In this document: positions 17,047-26,240 of the stretch, one piece after another
Layout: every line of letters begins with the position of its first letter
Position numbering within the stretch: the first letter of the stretch is position 1
Virus record (IMG/VR): IMGVR_UViG_2690316153_000021
DNA: 31,066 bases
Reading direction: 5' to 3' (one strand)
From: a virus
Lineage: Duplodnaviria; Heunggongvirae; Uroviricota; Caudoviricetes
The notes under the pieces: model-generated
Databases searched by the model: none
What the model was told of the DNA's origin: nothing
The model's input: the letters and a program-made list of their open reading frames with translations, nothing else
Translations under genes and position numbers: made by a program

Positions 17047-17459
17047 TGACTGTGCTGGTTGTGTTGTTATCGCTGGCGGTGGCCGGTCTGTTTCTGGTGA
17101 AACACAAAAATGCCAGCCTGCGCGCCTCGCTGGACAGGGCGAACAATGTCGCCAGCGGGCAGCAGGCGACCATCACCATGCTGAAAAATCAGCTTCATGT
17201 TGCGCTCACCAGGGCAGACAAAAACGAGCTGGCGCAGGTGGCACTGCGTCAGGAACTGGAGAACGCCGCGAAGCGTGAAGCACAGCGCGAGAAAACCATC
17301 ACGAGGTTACTTAATGAAAACGAAGATTTTCGCCGCTGGTACGGTGCTGAGCTGCCTGATGCTGTGCGCCGGTTGCACCAGCGCCCCGCCTGCACTGACG
17401 CCAGTGATTGTCCACAACGCCTGCCCGAAAGTGAGCCTTTGCCCGATGCCGGGCAGTGA
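17034..17459 (+). CDS. lysB: Spanin inner-membrane subunit (Rz-like) LysB
   Basis: 141 aa; N-terminal TM helix followed by predicted coiled-coil; contains the nested lysC frame. Confidence 0.8.
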   Translation: MSKLMTVLVVLLSLAVAGLFLVKHKNASLRASLDRANNVASGQQATITMLKNQLHVALTRADKNELAQVALRQELENAAKREAQREKTITRLLNENEDFRRWYGAELPDAVRRLHQRPACTDASDCPQRLPESEPLPDAGQ

Positions 17460-17604
17460 CCCGCAGACGAACGGCGATTTAAGTGCCGATATCCGGCAGC
17501 TTGAGAACGCGCTGGCACGCTGTGCCAGCCAGGTAAAAATGATTAAACACTGTCAGGACGAAAACGATGCTCAAACCCGACAGCCTGCGCAGGGCGCTGA
17601 CTGA
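17314..17604 (+). CDS. lysC: Spanin outer-membrane lipoprotein subunit (Rz1-like) LysC, nested out of frame in lysB
   Basis: ATG at 17314 in the +1 frame of lysB; product MKTKIFAAGTVLSCLMLCAGC... has a lipoprotein signal with lipobox LCAGC; 96 aa, the P2 LysC length. Confidence 0.72.
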   Translation: MKTKIFAAGTVLSCLMLCAGCTSAPPALTPVIVHNACPKVSLCPMPGSDPQTNGDLSADIRQLENALARCASQVKMIKHCQDENDAQTRQPAQGAD

Positions 17605-18034
17605 TGCCGTCACGGTGCTGAAAACTAACCCCGATATGCTGCGGATATTCGTGGATAACGGGAGTATTGCCTCCACGCTGGCGGCGTCGTTGTCATTCGA
17701 AAAGCGTTACACGCTCAATGTTATTGTGACCGACTTTACCGGTGATTTTGACCTGCTCATCGTGCCGGTACTGGCGTGGCTGCGGGAAAATCAGCCCGAC
17801 ATCATGACCACCGACGAAGGCCAGAAAAAGGGCTTCACGTTTTATGCGGACATCAACAATGACAGCAGCTTTGATATCAGCATCAGCCTGATGCTGACCG
17901 AGCGCACGCTGGTCAGTGAGGTGGACGGCGCGCTGCATGTGAAGAATATCCCGGAACCCCCGCCGCCGGAGCCGGTCACCCGCCCGGTGGAGCTTTATAT
18001 CAATGGCGAACTGGTGAGCAAGTGGGATGAATGA
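17567..18034 (+). CDS. R: Tail completion protein R
   Basis: 155 aa, the P2 gpR length and position. Confidence 0.85.
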   Translation: MLKPDSLRRALTDAVTVLKTNPDMLRIFVDNGSIASTLAASLSFEKRYTLNVIVTDFTGDFDLLIVPVLAWLRENQPDIMTTDEGQKKGFTFYADINNDSSFDISISLMLTERTLVSEVDGALHVKNIPEPPPPEPVTRPVELYINGELVSKWDE

Positions 18035-18479
18035 GTTTAAGCGTTTTGAAGACCGGCTGACCGGACTGATTGAATCGCTGTCACCGTCAGGGCGTCGGCG
18101 ACTGAGCGCCGAACTGGCGAAACGTCTGCGTCAGAGTCAGCAGCGTCGGGTGATGGCACAGAAAGCCCCGGACGGCACACCCTACGCGCCACGCCAGCAG
18201 CAGAGCGCCAGAAAAAAGACTGGTCGTGTTAAGCGAAAAATGTTTGCGAAACTTATCACCAGTCGTTTTTTGCATATCCGCGCCAGCCCGGAACAGGCAT
18301 CAATGGAATTTTACGGCGGGAAGTCGCCGAAAATCGCCAGTGTGCATCAGTTCGGTCTGTCGGAAGAAACCCGGAAAGACGGTAAGAAAATTGATTATCC
18401 GGCGCGTCCTCTGCTCGGCTTTACCGGTGAGGATGTGCAGATGATTGAAGAGATTATCCTGGCTCACCTCGACCGTTAG
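18027..18479 (+). CDS. S: Tail completion protein S
   Basis: 150 aa, the P2 gpS length and position; start overlaps R stop. Confidence 0.85.
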   Translation: MNEFKRFEDRLTGLIESLSPSGRRRLSAELAKRLRQSQQRRVMAQKAPDGTPYAPRQQQSARKKTGRVKRKMFAKLITSRFLHIRASPEQASMEFYGGKSPKIASVHQFGLSEETRKDGKKIDYPARPLLGFTGEDVQMIEEIILAHLDR

Positions 18480-18545
18480 TTGTGCCATCCCCGACACCTC
18501 ATCGTCACATTGCCGCCGGTATGACCCGGCGGCATCCTTCCCGTT

Positions 18546-19181
18546 ATGAACACTCTCGCAAATATTCAGGAACTCGCGCGCGCACTGCGCAACATGATCC
18601 GCACCGGCGTTATCGTCGAAACCGACCTTAACGCCGGTCGCTGCCGTGTGCAGACCGGCGGCATGTGCACTGACTGGCTTCAGTGGCTGACCCATCGCGC
18701 CGGACGTTCGCGCACATGGTGGGCACCTTCCGTGGGGGAACAGGTGCTGATTCTGGCCGTGGGCGGTGAACTCGACACGGCGTTCGTTCTGCCGGGGATT
18801 TATTCCGGCGATAACCCCGCGCCGTCTGCGTCGTCTGATGCCCTGCATATCCGTTTCCCTGACGGGGCGGTGATTGAATATGAACCCGAAACCAGTGCAC
18901 TTACGGTAAGCGGAATTAAAACGGCCAGCGTGACGGCTTCTGATTCTGTTACCGCCACGGTGCCGGTGGTCACGGTGAAAGCGTCAACCCGTGTCACCCT
19001 GGACACACCGGAAGTGGTCTGCACTAACAAACTGACTACCGGCACGCTGGAAGTGCAGAAGGGCGGGACGATGCGCGGCAACATTGAACACACCGGCGGT
19101 GAACTCTCATCAAACGGTAAGGTACTGCATACCCATAAACACCCCGGCGACAGTGGCGGCACAACAGGGGGACCTCTATGA
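18546..19181 (+). CDS. V: Baseplate central spike protein V
   Basis: 211 aa, the P2 gpV length; begins the baseplate operon V-W-J-I. Confidence 0.88.
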   Translation: MNTLANIQELARALRNMIRTGVIVETDLNAGRCRVQTGGMCTDWLQWLTHRAGRSRTWWAPSVGEQVLILAVGGELDTAFVLPGIYSGDNPAPSASSDALHIRFPDGAVIEYEPETSALTVSGIKTASVTASDSVTATVPVVTVKASTRVTLDTPEVVCTNKLTTGTLEVQKGGTMRGNIEHTGGELSSNGKVLHTHKHPGDSGGTTGGPL

Positions 19182-19525
19182 CTGCGCGTTATCTCGGAAT
19201 GAATCGCAGTGATGGCCTGACGGTCACTGACCTTGAGCATATCAGCCAGAGTATCGGCGATATCCTGCGCACACCGGTCGGCTCACGGGTGATGCGTCGT
19301 GATTACGGCTCGTTGCTGGCGTCAATGATTGACCAGCCGCAGACCCCGGCGCTTGAGTTGCAGATTAAGGTCGCCTGTTACATGGCGGTGCTGAAATGGG
19401 AACCCCGCGTCACCCTGTCATCCGTCACCACGGCGCGCAGTTTTGACGGGCGAATAACGGTCACGTTAACCGGTCAGCACAACGACACCGGCCAGCCACT
19501 TTCGTTAACCATCCCTGTGAGTTGA
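19178..19525 (+). CDS. W: Baseplate wedge protein W (gp25-like)
   Basis: 115 aa, the P2 gpW length; start overlaps V stop (ATGA). Confidence 0.88.
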   Translation: MTARYLGMNRSDGLTVTDLEHISQSIGDILRTPVGSRVMRRDYGSLLASMIDQPQTPALELQIKVACYMAVLKWEPRVTLSSVTTARSFDGRITVTLTGQHNDTGQPLSLTIPVS

Positions 19526-19529
19526 AACC

Positions 19530-20438
19530 ATGCCGATTATCGACCTGAACCAGCTACCCGCACCGGATGTGGTCGAGGAGCTGGACTTTGAAACCATTCT
19601 TGCCGAACGCAAGGCGACACTGATTTCCCTTTACCCGGAAGACCAGCAGGAGGCGGTCGCCCGTACCCTGATGCTGGAATCTGAGCCTCTCGTCAAACTG
19701 CTGGAGGAAAATGCTTATCGTGAGCTTATCTGGCGTCAGCGTGTGAATGAGGCCGCACGGGCGGTAATGCTGGCCTGTGCCGCCGGTAATGACCTTGATG
19801 TGATTGGTGCCAATTACAACACCACGCGCCTGATTATCACCCCGGCAGATGATTCGACTATCCCGCCGACACCGGCAGTGATGGAATCTGACACCGATTA
19901 TCGTCTGCGTATTCAGCAGGCGTTTGAAGGTTTAAGCGTCGCCGGGTCAGTGGGAGCCTATCAGTATCATGGTCGCAGTGCCGACGGGCGTGTCGCGGAT
20001 ATCTCTGTCACCAGTCCGTCTCCGGCCTGTGTCACTATCTCTGTGCTGTCTCGCGAAAATAACGGTATCGCATCCGAAGACCTGCTGGCGGTGGTGCGCA
20101 ACGCCCTTAATGGTGAGGACGTCAGGCCGGTGGCCGACCGCGTGACCGTGCAGTCTGCCGCCATCGTTGAATACCAGATAAACGCCACGCTTTACCTTTA
20201 CCCTGGTCCTGAAAGCGAACCCATCCGCGCTGCTGCCGTGAAAAAACTGGAAGCGTACATCACGGCACAGCACCGGCTGGGGCGCGACATCCGTCTGTCT
20301 GCCATTTATGCCGCTTTGCATGTGGAAGGCGTGCAGCGTGTCGAGCTGGCCGCACCACTGGCCGACATTGTGCTCAACAGTACGCAGGCGTCTTTCTGCA
20401 CCGAATACAGCGTCGTGACCGGAGGCTCGGATGAGTGA
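19530..20438 (+). CDS. J: Baseplate wedge protein J
   Basis: 302 aa, the P2 gpJ length. Confidence 0.88.
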   Translation: MPIIDLNQLPAPDVVEELDFETILAERKATLISLYPEDQQEAVARTLMLESEPLVKLLEENAYRELIWRQRVNEAARAVMLACAAGNDLDVIGANYNTTRLIITPADDSTIPPTPAVMESDTDYRLRIQQAFEGLSVAGSVGAYQYHGRSADGRVADISVTSPSPACVTISVLSRENNGIASEDLLAVVRNALNGEDVRPVADRVTVQSAAIVEYQINATLYLYPGPESEPIRAAAVKKLEAYITAQHRLGRDIRLSAIYAALHVEGVQRVELAAPLADIVLNSTQASFCTEYSVVTGGSDE

Positions 20439-21042
20439 TTCGCGCCTGCTGCCGACCGGCTCATCACCGCTTGAAGTCGCCGCCGCAAGAGCCTGTGCGG
20501 AAATTGAAAAAACGCCGGTCAGTATTCGTGAGCTGTGGAACCCGGATACCTGTCCGGCAAATCTGCTGCCGTGGCTGGCGTGGTCATTTTCGGTTGACCG
20601 CTGGGATGATAAGTGGCCGGAAGCGACAAAACGCGCTGTTATCCGCGATGCGTATTTCATTCACTGCCATAAGGGCACTATTGGTGCGATTCGCCGTGTG
20701 GTGGAGCCGCTCGGCTATCTGATTGAGGTGAGGGAGTGGTGGCAGCTCAACGAGGAGCCGGGGACGTTCCGCATCGTTGTTGGCGTGCTTGAGCAGGGTA
20801 TTACCGAGGAAATGTATCAGGAGCTGGAGCGTCTCGTTGCTGATGCAAAACCTGCAAGCCGCCATCTGACGGGACTGGCTATCAGTTTAAGTACAACCGG
20901 CAACATTTTTGTCGGTGCGGGATGCTATCACGGCGACGCCCTGACGGTTTATCCCTACACCCCGGAGGCCATTATTGTCGGAGGGGATTATTTCCCGGCC
21001 TCGGCCATTCATTTAATTGATAACCTGAGAGTAAACGCATGA
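20431..21042 (+). CDS. I: Baseplate wedge protein I
   Basis: 203 aa (P2 gpI is 176 aa); start overlaps J stop, stop overlaps H start. Confidence 0.82.
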   Translation: MSDSRLLPTGSSPLEVAAARACAEIEKTPVSIRELWNPDTCPANLLPWLAWSFSVDRWDDKWPEATKRAVIRDAYFIHCHKGTIGAIRRVVEPLGYLIEVREWWQLNEEPGTFRIVVGVLEQGITEEMYQELERLVADAKPASRHLTGLAISLSTTGNIFVGAGCYHGDALTVYPYTPEAIIVGGDYFPASAIHLIDNLRVNA

Positions 21043-22367
21043 CAGTGAAATACTACGCCATTCTGACTAATCAGGGCGCAGCACGGCTGGCTAACGCGAC
21101 GATGCTCGGCAGTAAGCTGAATCTGACGCAAATGGCCGTTGGTGATGCGAATGGTGTCTTGCCGACACCAGACCCGGCACAGATAAAACTGATTAACCAG
21201 AAACGCATCGCGCCGCTGAATCTTCTGAGTGTTGACCCGAACAACCAGAGTCAGATTATTGCGGAGCAAATCATCCCTGAGAACGAGGGCGGATTCTGGA
21301 TCCGTGAGATTGGGCTTTATGATGATGAAGGCGTACTCATTGCGGTGGCGAACTGCCCGGAAACGTACAAACCGCAGTTGCAGGAAGGCAGTGGTCGTAC
21401 CCAGACTATCCGCATGATTCTGGTTGTCACGAATACCGAAGCTATCACGCTGAAAATCGACCCGTCGGTGGTACTGGCGACCCGTAAATATGTGGATGAT
21501 GAAGTCCTGGAATTAAGGCTGTATGTGGATGACCAGATGAGCAAACACATTGCCGCACAGGACCCTCATACCCAGTATGCACAGAAACATAATCCGACAT
21601 TTACCGGAGAACCAAAAGCACCGACGCCTGCCGCAGGAAATAACACCACGCGGATTGCGACCACTGCGTTTGTACAGGCCGCTATTACCGCTCTGATTAA
21701 CGGTGCGCCTGACACGCTGGACACACTGAAAGAAATTGCCGCGGCCATTAACAATGACCCGAAATTCAGCACCACCATTAACAATGCGCTGGCAGGTAAA
21801 CAACCGCTGGACAATACGCTGACTCATTTGAGTGGAAAGGATGTTGCCGGTCTTCTCGCATACCTTGGTTTGGGAGAAGGCTCAGCATTACCTGTTGGGG
21901 TGCCTGTTCCATGGCCTTCAGCCACACCGCCAACAGGCTGGCTGAAATGCAACGGTGCGGCATTTTCTGCTGAAGAATACCCGGAACTGGCAAAGGCTTA
22001 TCCAACAAATAAATTACCTGATTTACGCGGTGAGTTTATTCGTGGATGGGATGATAGTCGTGGTATCGACAACGGGCGTGCGCTGCTTTCATCTCAAGGC
22101 CATTCACTCAGAGACCACTCACATAACCAGCAGATCTGGACAGGTTCAAATACAACATCGTCAACTATTGGTCAGGCCGGGAGTTATGCTCCGCTAGCAA
22201 CTGGAGGGGATGGGGGGATTGCCTATACTGACCGGGAGCCTCAAAGCCTACCTTCAGCAGTAAGAGCTGTCAGCACTCGTGGGGTTGCTTCTGACAATGC
22301 AGCGAATATTGGCACTGAAACCCGCCCGCGCAACATTGCATTTAACTACATCGTGAGGGCTGCATAA
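21039..22367 (+). CDS. H: Tail fibre protein H (constant N-terminal part fused to currently expressed variable C-terminus)
   Basis: 442 aa; N-terminus and the ...NALAGKQP... segment resemble P2 gpH; shorter than P2 H (669 aa). The crossover site lies in-frame at codons YLGLGE (21861-21878). Confidence 0.85.
   Translation: MTVKYYAILTNQGAARLANATMLGSKLNLTQMAVGDANGVLPTPDPAQIKLINQKRIAPLNLLSVDPNNQSQIIAEQIIPENEGGFWIREIGLYDDEGVLIAVANCPETYKPQLQEGSGRTQTIRMILVVTNTEAITLKIDPSVVLATRKYVDDEVLELRLYVDDQMSKHIAAQDPHTQYAQKHNPTFTGEPKAPTPAAGNNTTRIATTAFVQAAITALINGAPDTLDTLKEIAAAINNDPKFSTTINNALAGKQPLDNTLTHLSGKDVAGLLAYLGLGEGSALPVGVPVPWPSATPPTGWLKCNGAAFSAEEYPELAKAYPTNKLPDLRGEFIRGWDDSRGIDNGRALLSSQGHSLRDHSHNQQIWTGSNTTSSTIGQAGSYAPLATGGDGGIAYTDREPQSLPSAVRAVSTRGVASDNAANIGTETRPRNIAFNYIVRAA
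21853..21878. promoter_or_regulatory. gix/cix-like invertase crossover site (left), inside H
   Basis: ttctcgcatacc-TT-ggtttgggagaa: 26-bp imperfect palindrome with half-sites of the form TTnTCnnAAACC around a 2-bp core; its right 14 bp are the exact reverse complement of 23729-23742. Confidence 0.6.
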
Positions 22368-22969
22368 TGACACAGGCAAAATTAAACAGTGAATTTATTG
22401 CCACAGTAGCGGGTGATATTACCGTCTATAACTATGACAACACGACACGGGAATACATTTCATCATCAACAGAATATCTTGCCGTTGGCGTCGGTATCCC
22501 GGCATGTTCTTGTTTAGATGCACCAGTTACACATAAAGCTGGTTATGCAATCTGCCGTTCTGCAGATTTTAACTCATGGGAATATGTACCAGACCATCGC
22601 GGTGAAATCATCTATAGCACCGAAACAGGAGAATCGAAAGAAATCACAGCTCCGGGTGATTACCCTGAAAATACAACCACTATCGCCCCGTTAACGCCAT
22701 TCGATAAATGGGATGGTGAGAAATGGGTGACGGATACCGAGGCACAGCATAGCGCCGCACTAGACGCGGCAGAAGCAAAGCGCCAGTCGCTGATTGATGC
22801 TGCAATGGCTTCCATCAGTCTGATTCAGATGAAATTACGGGCCGGGCGGAAGCTGACGCAGGCAGAAACCACCCGACTTAACGCTGTGCTGGATTACATT
22901 GACGCGGTGGAGGCAACAGATACCAGCACCGCGCCTGATGTCATCTGGCCTGAACTGCCGGAGGCGTAG
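22367..22969 (+). CDS. G: Tail fibre assembly chaperone (Tfa) for the expressed fibre tip
   Basis: 200 aa; start overlaps H stop (TAATG); C-terminus (NAVLDYIDAVEATDTSTAPDVIWPELP) is the typical Tfa chaperone C-terminal motif. Confidence 0.8.
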   Translation: MTQAKLNSEFIATVAGDITVYNYDNTTREYISSSTEYLAVGVGIPACSCLDAPVTHKAGYAICRSADFNSWEYVPDHRGEIIYSTETGESKEITAPGDYPENTTTIAPLTPFDKWDGEKWVTDTEAQHSAALDAAEAKRQSLIDAAMASISLIQMKLRAGRKLTQAETTRLNAVLDYIDAVEATDTSTAPDVIWPELPEA

Positions 22970-23381
22970 GCCATTCAATATCTGGCGCACCGGAAGTATC
23001 GACCAGTTCCAGTGCGTCCAGATAATCCAGCCACAAATTATATTGCACCAGTTCCTCACCTTTCAGGCGACCAATCGCCGCTTTACCAGGCCATTGCTTA
23101 CTGTTTATGTATTCGTTGACCTGATTAATCAATTGCTGCTTTTTCAGTTCGGCTGCGGCAATTTGTTCCTCATGAGTTGGCGGTGGAATATCAATCCATG
23201 CAGGCATTCCGTCGATGACACCTCTGTATTTTCCTTCTGGTGCTTCCTTCATAAATTCGGCAGCAACAGTGTCGTCAATTTCGATTCCATCATCGGGCCA
23301 TTCGCCGGATTCCTGATAAGCGATTTTAAGCTCCACAGGGAAAAACGCATTTTTATCGGCACTGAAAATATATTTCTGCAT
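22941..23381 (-). CDS. Alternative tail fibre assembly chaperone (Tfa') inside the invertible segment
   Basis: 146 aa on the minus strand; C-terminus (NLWLDYLDALELVDTSGAPDIEWPTPP) is paralogous to the plus-strand Tfa motif; 3' ends of the two tfa genes converge and overlap by about 29 bp. Confidence 0.75.
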   Translation of the reverse strand: MQKYIFSADKNAFFPVELKIAYQESGEWPDDGIEIDDTVAAEFMKEAPEGKYRGVIDGMPAWIDIPPPTHEEQIAAAELKKQQLINQVNEYINSKQWPGKAAIGRLKGEELVQYNLWLDYLDALELVDTSGAPDIEWPTPPAVQAR

Positions 23382-23383
23382 TT

Positions 23384-23728
23384 CTACCGTCCTATCGAAA
23401 TATAACTGAATCTGTATTGCTGTGAGATATCACTGGTTGCCACACGCCACGCTGAATTACTGATATGTTCAAAATTTACAGACAAAACCTGCGGGGCAGG
23501 AATCGACGGGTCTGACTGAACGGCATCAGACATAACACTGACTGAAACCATCGGCTGATTAGGGAATGGTATAGGGAAGTGTCCACTGATAAAGCGGGTC
23601 GTGTTTCCTGCAAAAGTGCCAAACTGAACAATATATCCACCTGGTAGCCTGAACCATCCCGAACCAGAAGCGAATGCTCCCATATCCGGTATCTGATTAT
23701 CTCCTGTGCCCACATCCCTTTTCGCCGC
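23384..23728 (-). CDS. Silent alternative tail-fibre C-terminal cassette (Hv'), expressed only after inversion
   Basis: Minus-strand frame reads ...VGLGEAAKRDVGTGDNQ... through the right gix site, in the same codon phase as H reads YLGLGEGS through the left site, so inversion would create an in-frame H::Hv' fusion. ORF-track ORF 23384..23782 has its only ATG upstream of the site, so it has no plausible independent start. Confidence 0.6.
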   Translation of the reverse strand, partial: AAKRDVGTGDNQIPDMGAFASGSGWFRLPGGYIVQFGTFAGNTTRFISGHFPIPFPNQPMVSVSVMSDAVQSDPSIPAPQVLSVNFEHISNSAWRVATSDISQQYRFSYISIGR

Positions 23729-23754
23729 TTCTCCCAAACCAACGTTTATGAAAA
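23729..23754. promoter_or_regulatory. gix/cix-like invertase crossover site (right)
   Basis: ttctcccaaacc-AA-cgtttatgaaaa; left half-site identical to the reverse complement of the right half-site of the 21853-21878 site. Confidence 0.6.
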
Positions 23755-23809
23755 TGCAAAGATAACGGGCAAGTGGCATCATCTCCGGTTTTTATTCAGG
23801 GGGATGCTC

Positions 23810-24403
23810 ATGTTTATTGGCTATGTACGCGTATCAACAAATGACCAGAACACGGAATTGCAGCGTAACGCGCTGGAATGCGCGGGATGTGAGCGGATTT
23901 TTGAGGACAAAATCAGCGGCACGAAGTCCGACAGGCCGGGGCTGAAAAAACTGCTCAGGACATTATCGGAGGGGGATACACTGGTAGTCTGGAAGCTGGA
24001 CCGGCTGGGGCGTAGTATGCGGCATCTGGTCATTCTGGTTGAGGAACTGCGCGAACGTGGCATTAATTTTCGCAGCCTGACGGATGCTATTGATACCAGC
24101 ACGCCGATGGGGCGTTTTTTCTTTCATGTGATGGGTGCCCTGGCTGAAATGGAACGAGAACTCATTGTCGAGCGGACTCGGGCCGGGCTGGAAGCGGCCA
24201 GAGCCAAAGGTCGTATTGGTGGCAGACGTCCTAAACTCACCACGAGTGAGTGGGAGCAGGCCGGGCGTTTGCTGGCTGCAGGGGAGTCACGTCAACGCGT
24301 GGCACTGATTTTTGATATTGGTCTGTCCACGCTCTATAAAAAATTTCCCTCATCAGCGACAAAGAATAAATTGTGTCATCCCTTAGCCAACCGGGACAAA
24401 TAG
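23810..24403 (+). CDS. Serine DNA invertase, Gin/Pin/Cin/Hin family
   Basis: ORF track 23804..24403; N-terminus (M)FIGYVRVSTNDQNTELQRNAL... with catalytic-serine motif (VRVST), resolvase-type N-terminal domain and C-terminal HTH (GLSTLYKKF); immediately adjacent to the invertible segment. Start at 23804 or 23810. Confidence 0.9.
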   Translation: MFIGYVRVSTNDQNTELQRNALECAGCERIFEDKISGTKSDRPGLKKLLRTLSEGDTLVVWKLDRLGRSMRHLVILVEELRERGINFRSLTDAIDTSTPMGRFFFHVMGALAEMERELIVERTRAGLEAARAKGRIGGRRPKLTTSEWEQAGRLLAAGESRQRVALIFDIGLSTLYKKFPSSATKNKLCHPLANRDK

Positions 24404-24462
24404 CCTGACATCTCCGGCACAACTGAAAATATCACTCACCCATTAACCACGGAGTTAAACGG

Positions 24463-25653
24463 ATGAGTGACTATCATCACGGCGTGCAGGTGCTGGAGAT
24501 TAACGACGGCACCCGCGTCATTTCCACCGTATCCACTGCCATTGTCGGCATGGTCTGCACGGCCAGCGATGCGGATGCGGAAACCTTCCCCCTCAATAAA
24601 CCGGTGCTGATTACCAATGTGCAGAGTGCAATTGCAAAGGCTGGTAAAAAAGGCACGCTGGCGGCGTCGTTGCAGGCCATCGCTGACCAGTCAAAACCGG
24701 TCACCGTTGTCGTGCGTGTGGAAGACGGCACCGGCGAAGACGAGGAAACGAAACTTGCGCAGACCGTTTCCAATATCATCGGCACCACCGACGAAAACGG
24801 CCAGTACACCGGACTGAAAGCCCTGCTGGCGGCGGAGTCGGTAACCGGTGTTAAACCGCGTATTCTCGGCGTGCCGGGACTGGACACCAAAGAGGTGGCT
24901 GTTGCACTGGCATCAGTCTGTCAGAAGCTGCGCGCTTTCGGGTATATCAGCGCATGGGGCTGTAAAACCATTTCCGAGGTGAAAGCCTACCGTCAGAATT
25001 TCAGCCAGCGTGAGCTGATGGTCATCTGGCCGGATTTCCTCGCATGGGATACGGTCACCAGTACTACCGCCACCGCGTATGCCACCGCCCGTGCGCTGGG
25101 TCTGCGTGCCAGAATTGACCAGGAGCAGGGCTGGCATAAAACGCTGTCCAATGTCGGGGTGAACGGTGTTACCGGCATCAGCGCCTCTGTATTCTGGGAT
25201 TTGCAGGAGTCCGGCACCGATGCTGACTTGCTTAACGAGTCAGGCGTCACAACGCTGATTCGCCGCGACGGTTTCCGCTTCTGGGGTAACCGTACCTGCT
25301 CTGATGACCCGCTGTTCCTCTTTGAAAACTACACCCGCACCGCGCAGGTGCTGGCCGACACGATGGCTGAGGCGCACATGTGGGCGGTGGACAAGCCCAT
25401 CACCGCAACGCTGATTCGCGACATCGTTGACGGCATCAATGCCAAATTCCGTGAGCTGAAAACAAACGGCTATATCGTGGATGCGACCTGCTGGTTCAGC
25501 GAAGAATCCAACGATGCGGAAACCCTCAAGGCCGGAAAACTGTATATCGACTACGACTATACACCGGTGCCTCCTCTTGAAAACCTGACCCTGCGCCAGC
25601 GTATTACCGATAAATACCTGGCAAATCTGGTCACTTCGGTTAACAGCAATTAA
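24463..25653 (+). CDS. FI: Contractile tail sheath protein
   Basis: 396 aa, the P2 gpFI length; first gene of the FI-FII-E-T-U-D operon. Confidence 0.9.
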   Translation: MSDYHHGVQVLEINDGTRVISTVSTAIVGMVCTASDADAETFPLNKPVLITNVQSAIAKAGKKGTLAASLQAIADQSKPVTVVVRVEDGTGEDEETKLAQTVSNIIGTTDENGQYTGLKALLAAESVTGVKPRILGVPGLDTKEVAVALASVCQKLRAFGYISAWGCKTISEVKAYRQNFSQRELMVIWPDFLAWDTVTSTTATAYATARALGLRARIDQEQGWHKTLSNVGVNGVTGISASVFWDLQESGTDADLLNESGVTTLIRRDGFRFWGNRTCSDDPLFLFENYTRTAQVLADTMAEAHMWAVDKPITATLIRDIVDGINAKFRELKTNGYIVDATCWFSEESNDAETLKAGKLYIDYDYTPVPPLENLTLRQRITDKYLANLVTSVNSN

Positions 25654-25665
25654 GGAGCCTGACCG

Positions 25666-26184
25666 ATGGCAATGCCGCGCAAACTCAAGTTAATGAACGT
25701 CTTTCTGAACGGCTACAGCTATCAGGGCGTTGCAAAGTCCGTCACGCTGCCAAAACTGACCCGTAAGCTCGAAAACTATCGCGGTGCGGGGATGAACGGC
25801 AGCGCACCGGTAGACCTCGGCCTTGATGACGATGCGCTGTCAATGGAGTGGTCGCTCGGGGGCTTCCCGGATTCGGTTATCTGGGAGCTCTACGCCGCAA
25901 CCGGTGTGGATGCCGTACCGATTCGTTTTGCAGGCTCTTACCAGCGCGACGATACCGGCGAAACGGTGGCCGTCGAGGTGGTCATGCGTGGACGTCAGAA
26001 AGAAATCGACACCGGCGAGGGTAAACAGGGAGAAGACACCGAGTCGAAAATCTCCGTGGTCTGCACCTATTTCCGGTTGACGATGGACGGTAAGGAGCTG
26101 GTCGAAATCGACACCATCAACATGATTGAGAAGGTGAACGGCGTCGACCGGCTGGAGCAACACCGCCGCAATATCGGCCTGTGA
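25666..26184 (+). CDS. FII: Tail tube protein
   Basis: 172 aa, the P2 gpFII length; AAGGAG SD. Confidence 0.9.
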   Translation: MAMPRKLKLMNVFLNGYSYQGVAKSVTLPKLTRKLENYRGAGMNGSAPVDLGLDDDALSMEWSLGGFPDSVIWELYAATGVDAVPIRFAGSYQRDDTGETVAVEVVMRGRQKEIDTGEGKQGEDTESKISVVCTYFRLTMDGKELVEIDTINMIEKVNGVDRLEQHRRNIGL

Positions 26185-26240
26185 TTTTCATACGGTCAGC
26201 CAGGCTGACCGGTTAACCCTGATTCAGAAGTGAGAAAACC

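Larger units (their letters stand above)
21853..23754. mobile_element. Invertible tail-fibre host-range segment (G-segment/shufflon-like), about 1.9 kb
   Basis: Flanked by inverted gix-like sites; contains the H variable end + tfa on the plus strand and an alternative H C-terminus + tfa on the minus strand; adjacent Gin/Pin-family invertase gene. Confidence 0.65.

Noticed and set aside
16449-17278. Overlapping ORFs in the lysis region (16449..17021, 16639..17040, 16715..16906, 17018..17278)
   Set aside because: Alternative frames of K/lysA/lysB with Arg/Cys-rich low-complexity translations. Only the lysC frame (17314..17604) has a biologically meaningful signal (lipobox) and precedent.
19947-20660. 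237-aa minus-strand ORF antisense to baseplate genes J and I
   Set aside because: Fully overlapped by two well-supported, translationally coupled structural genes; Ala/Arg/Gly-rich composition typical of a shadow frame in GC-rich DNA.
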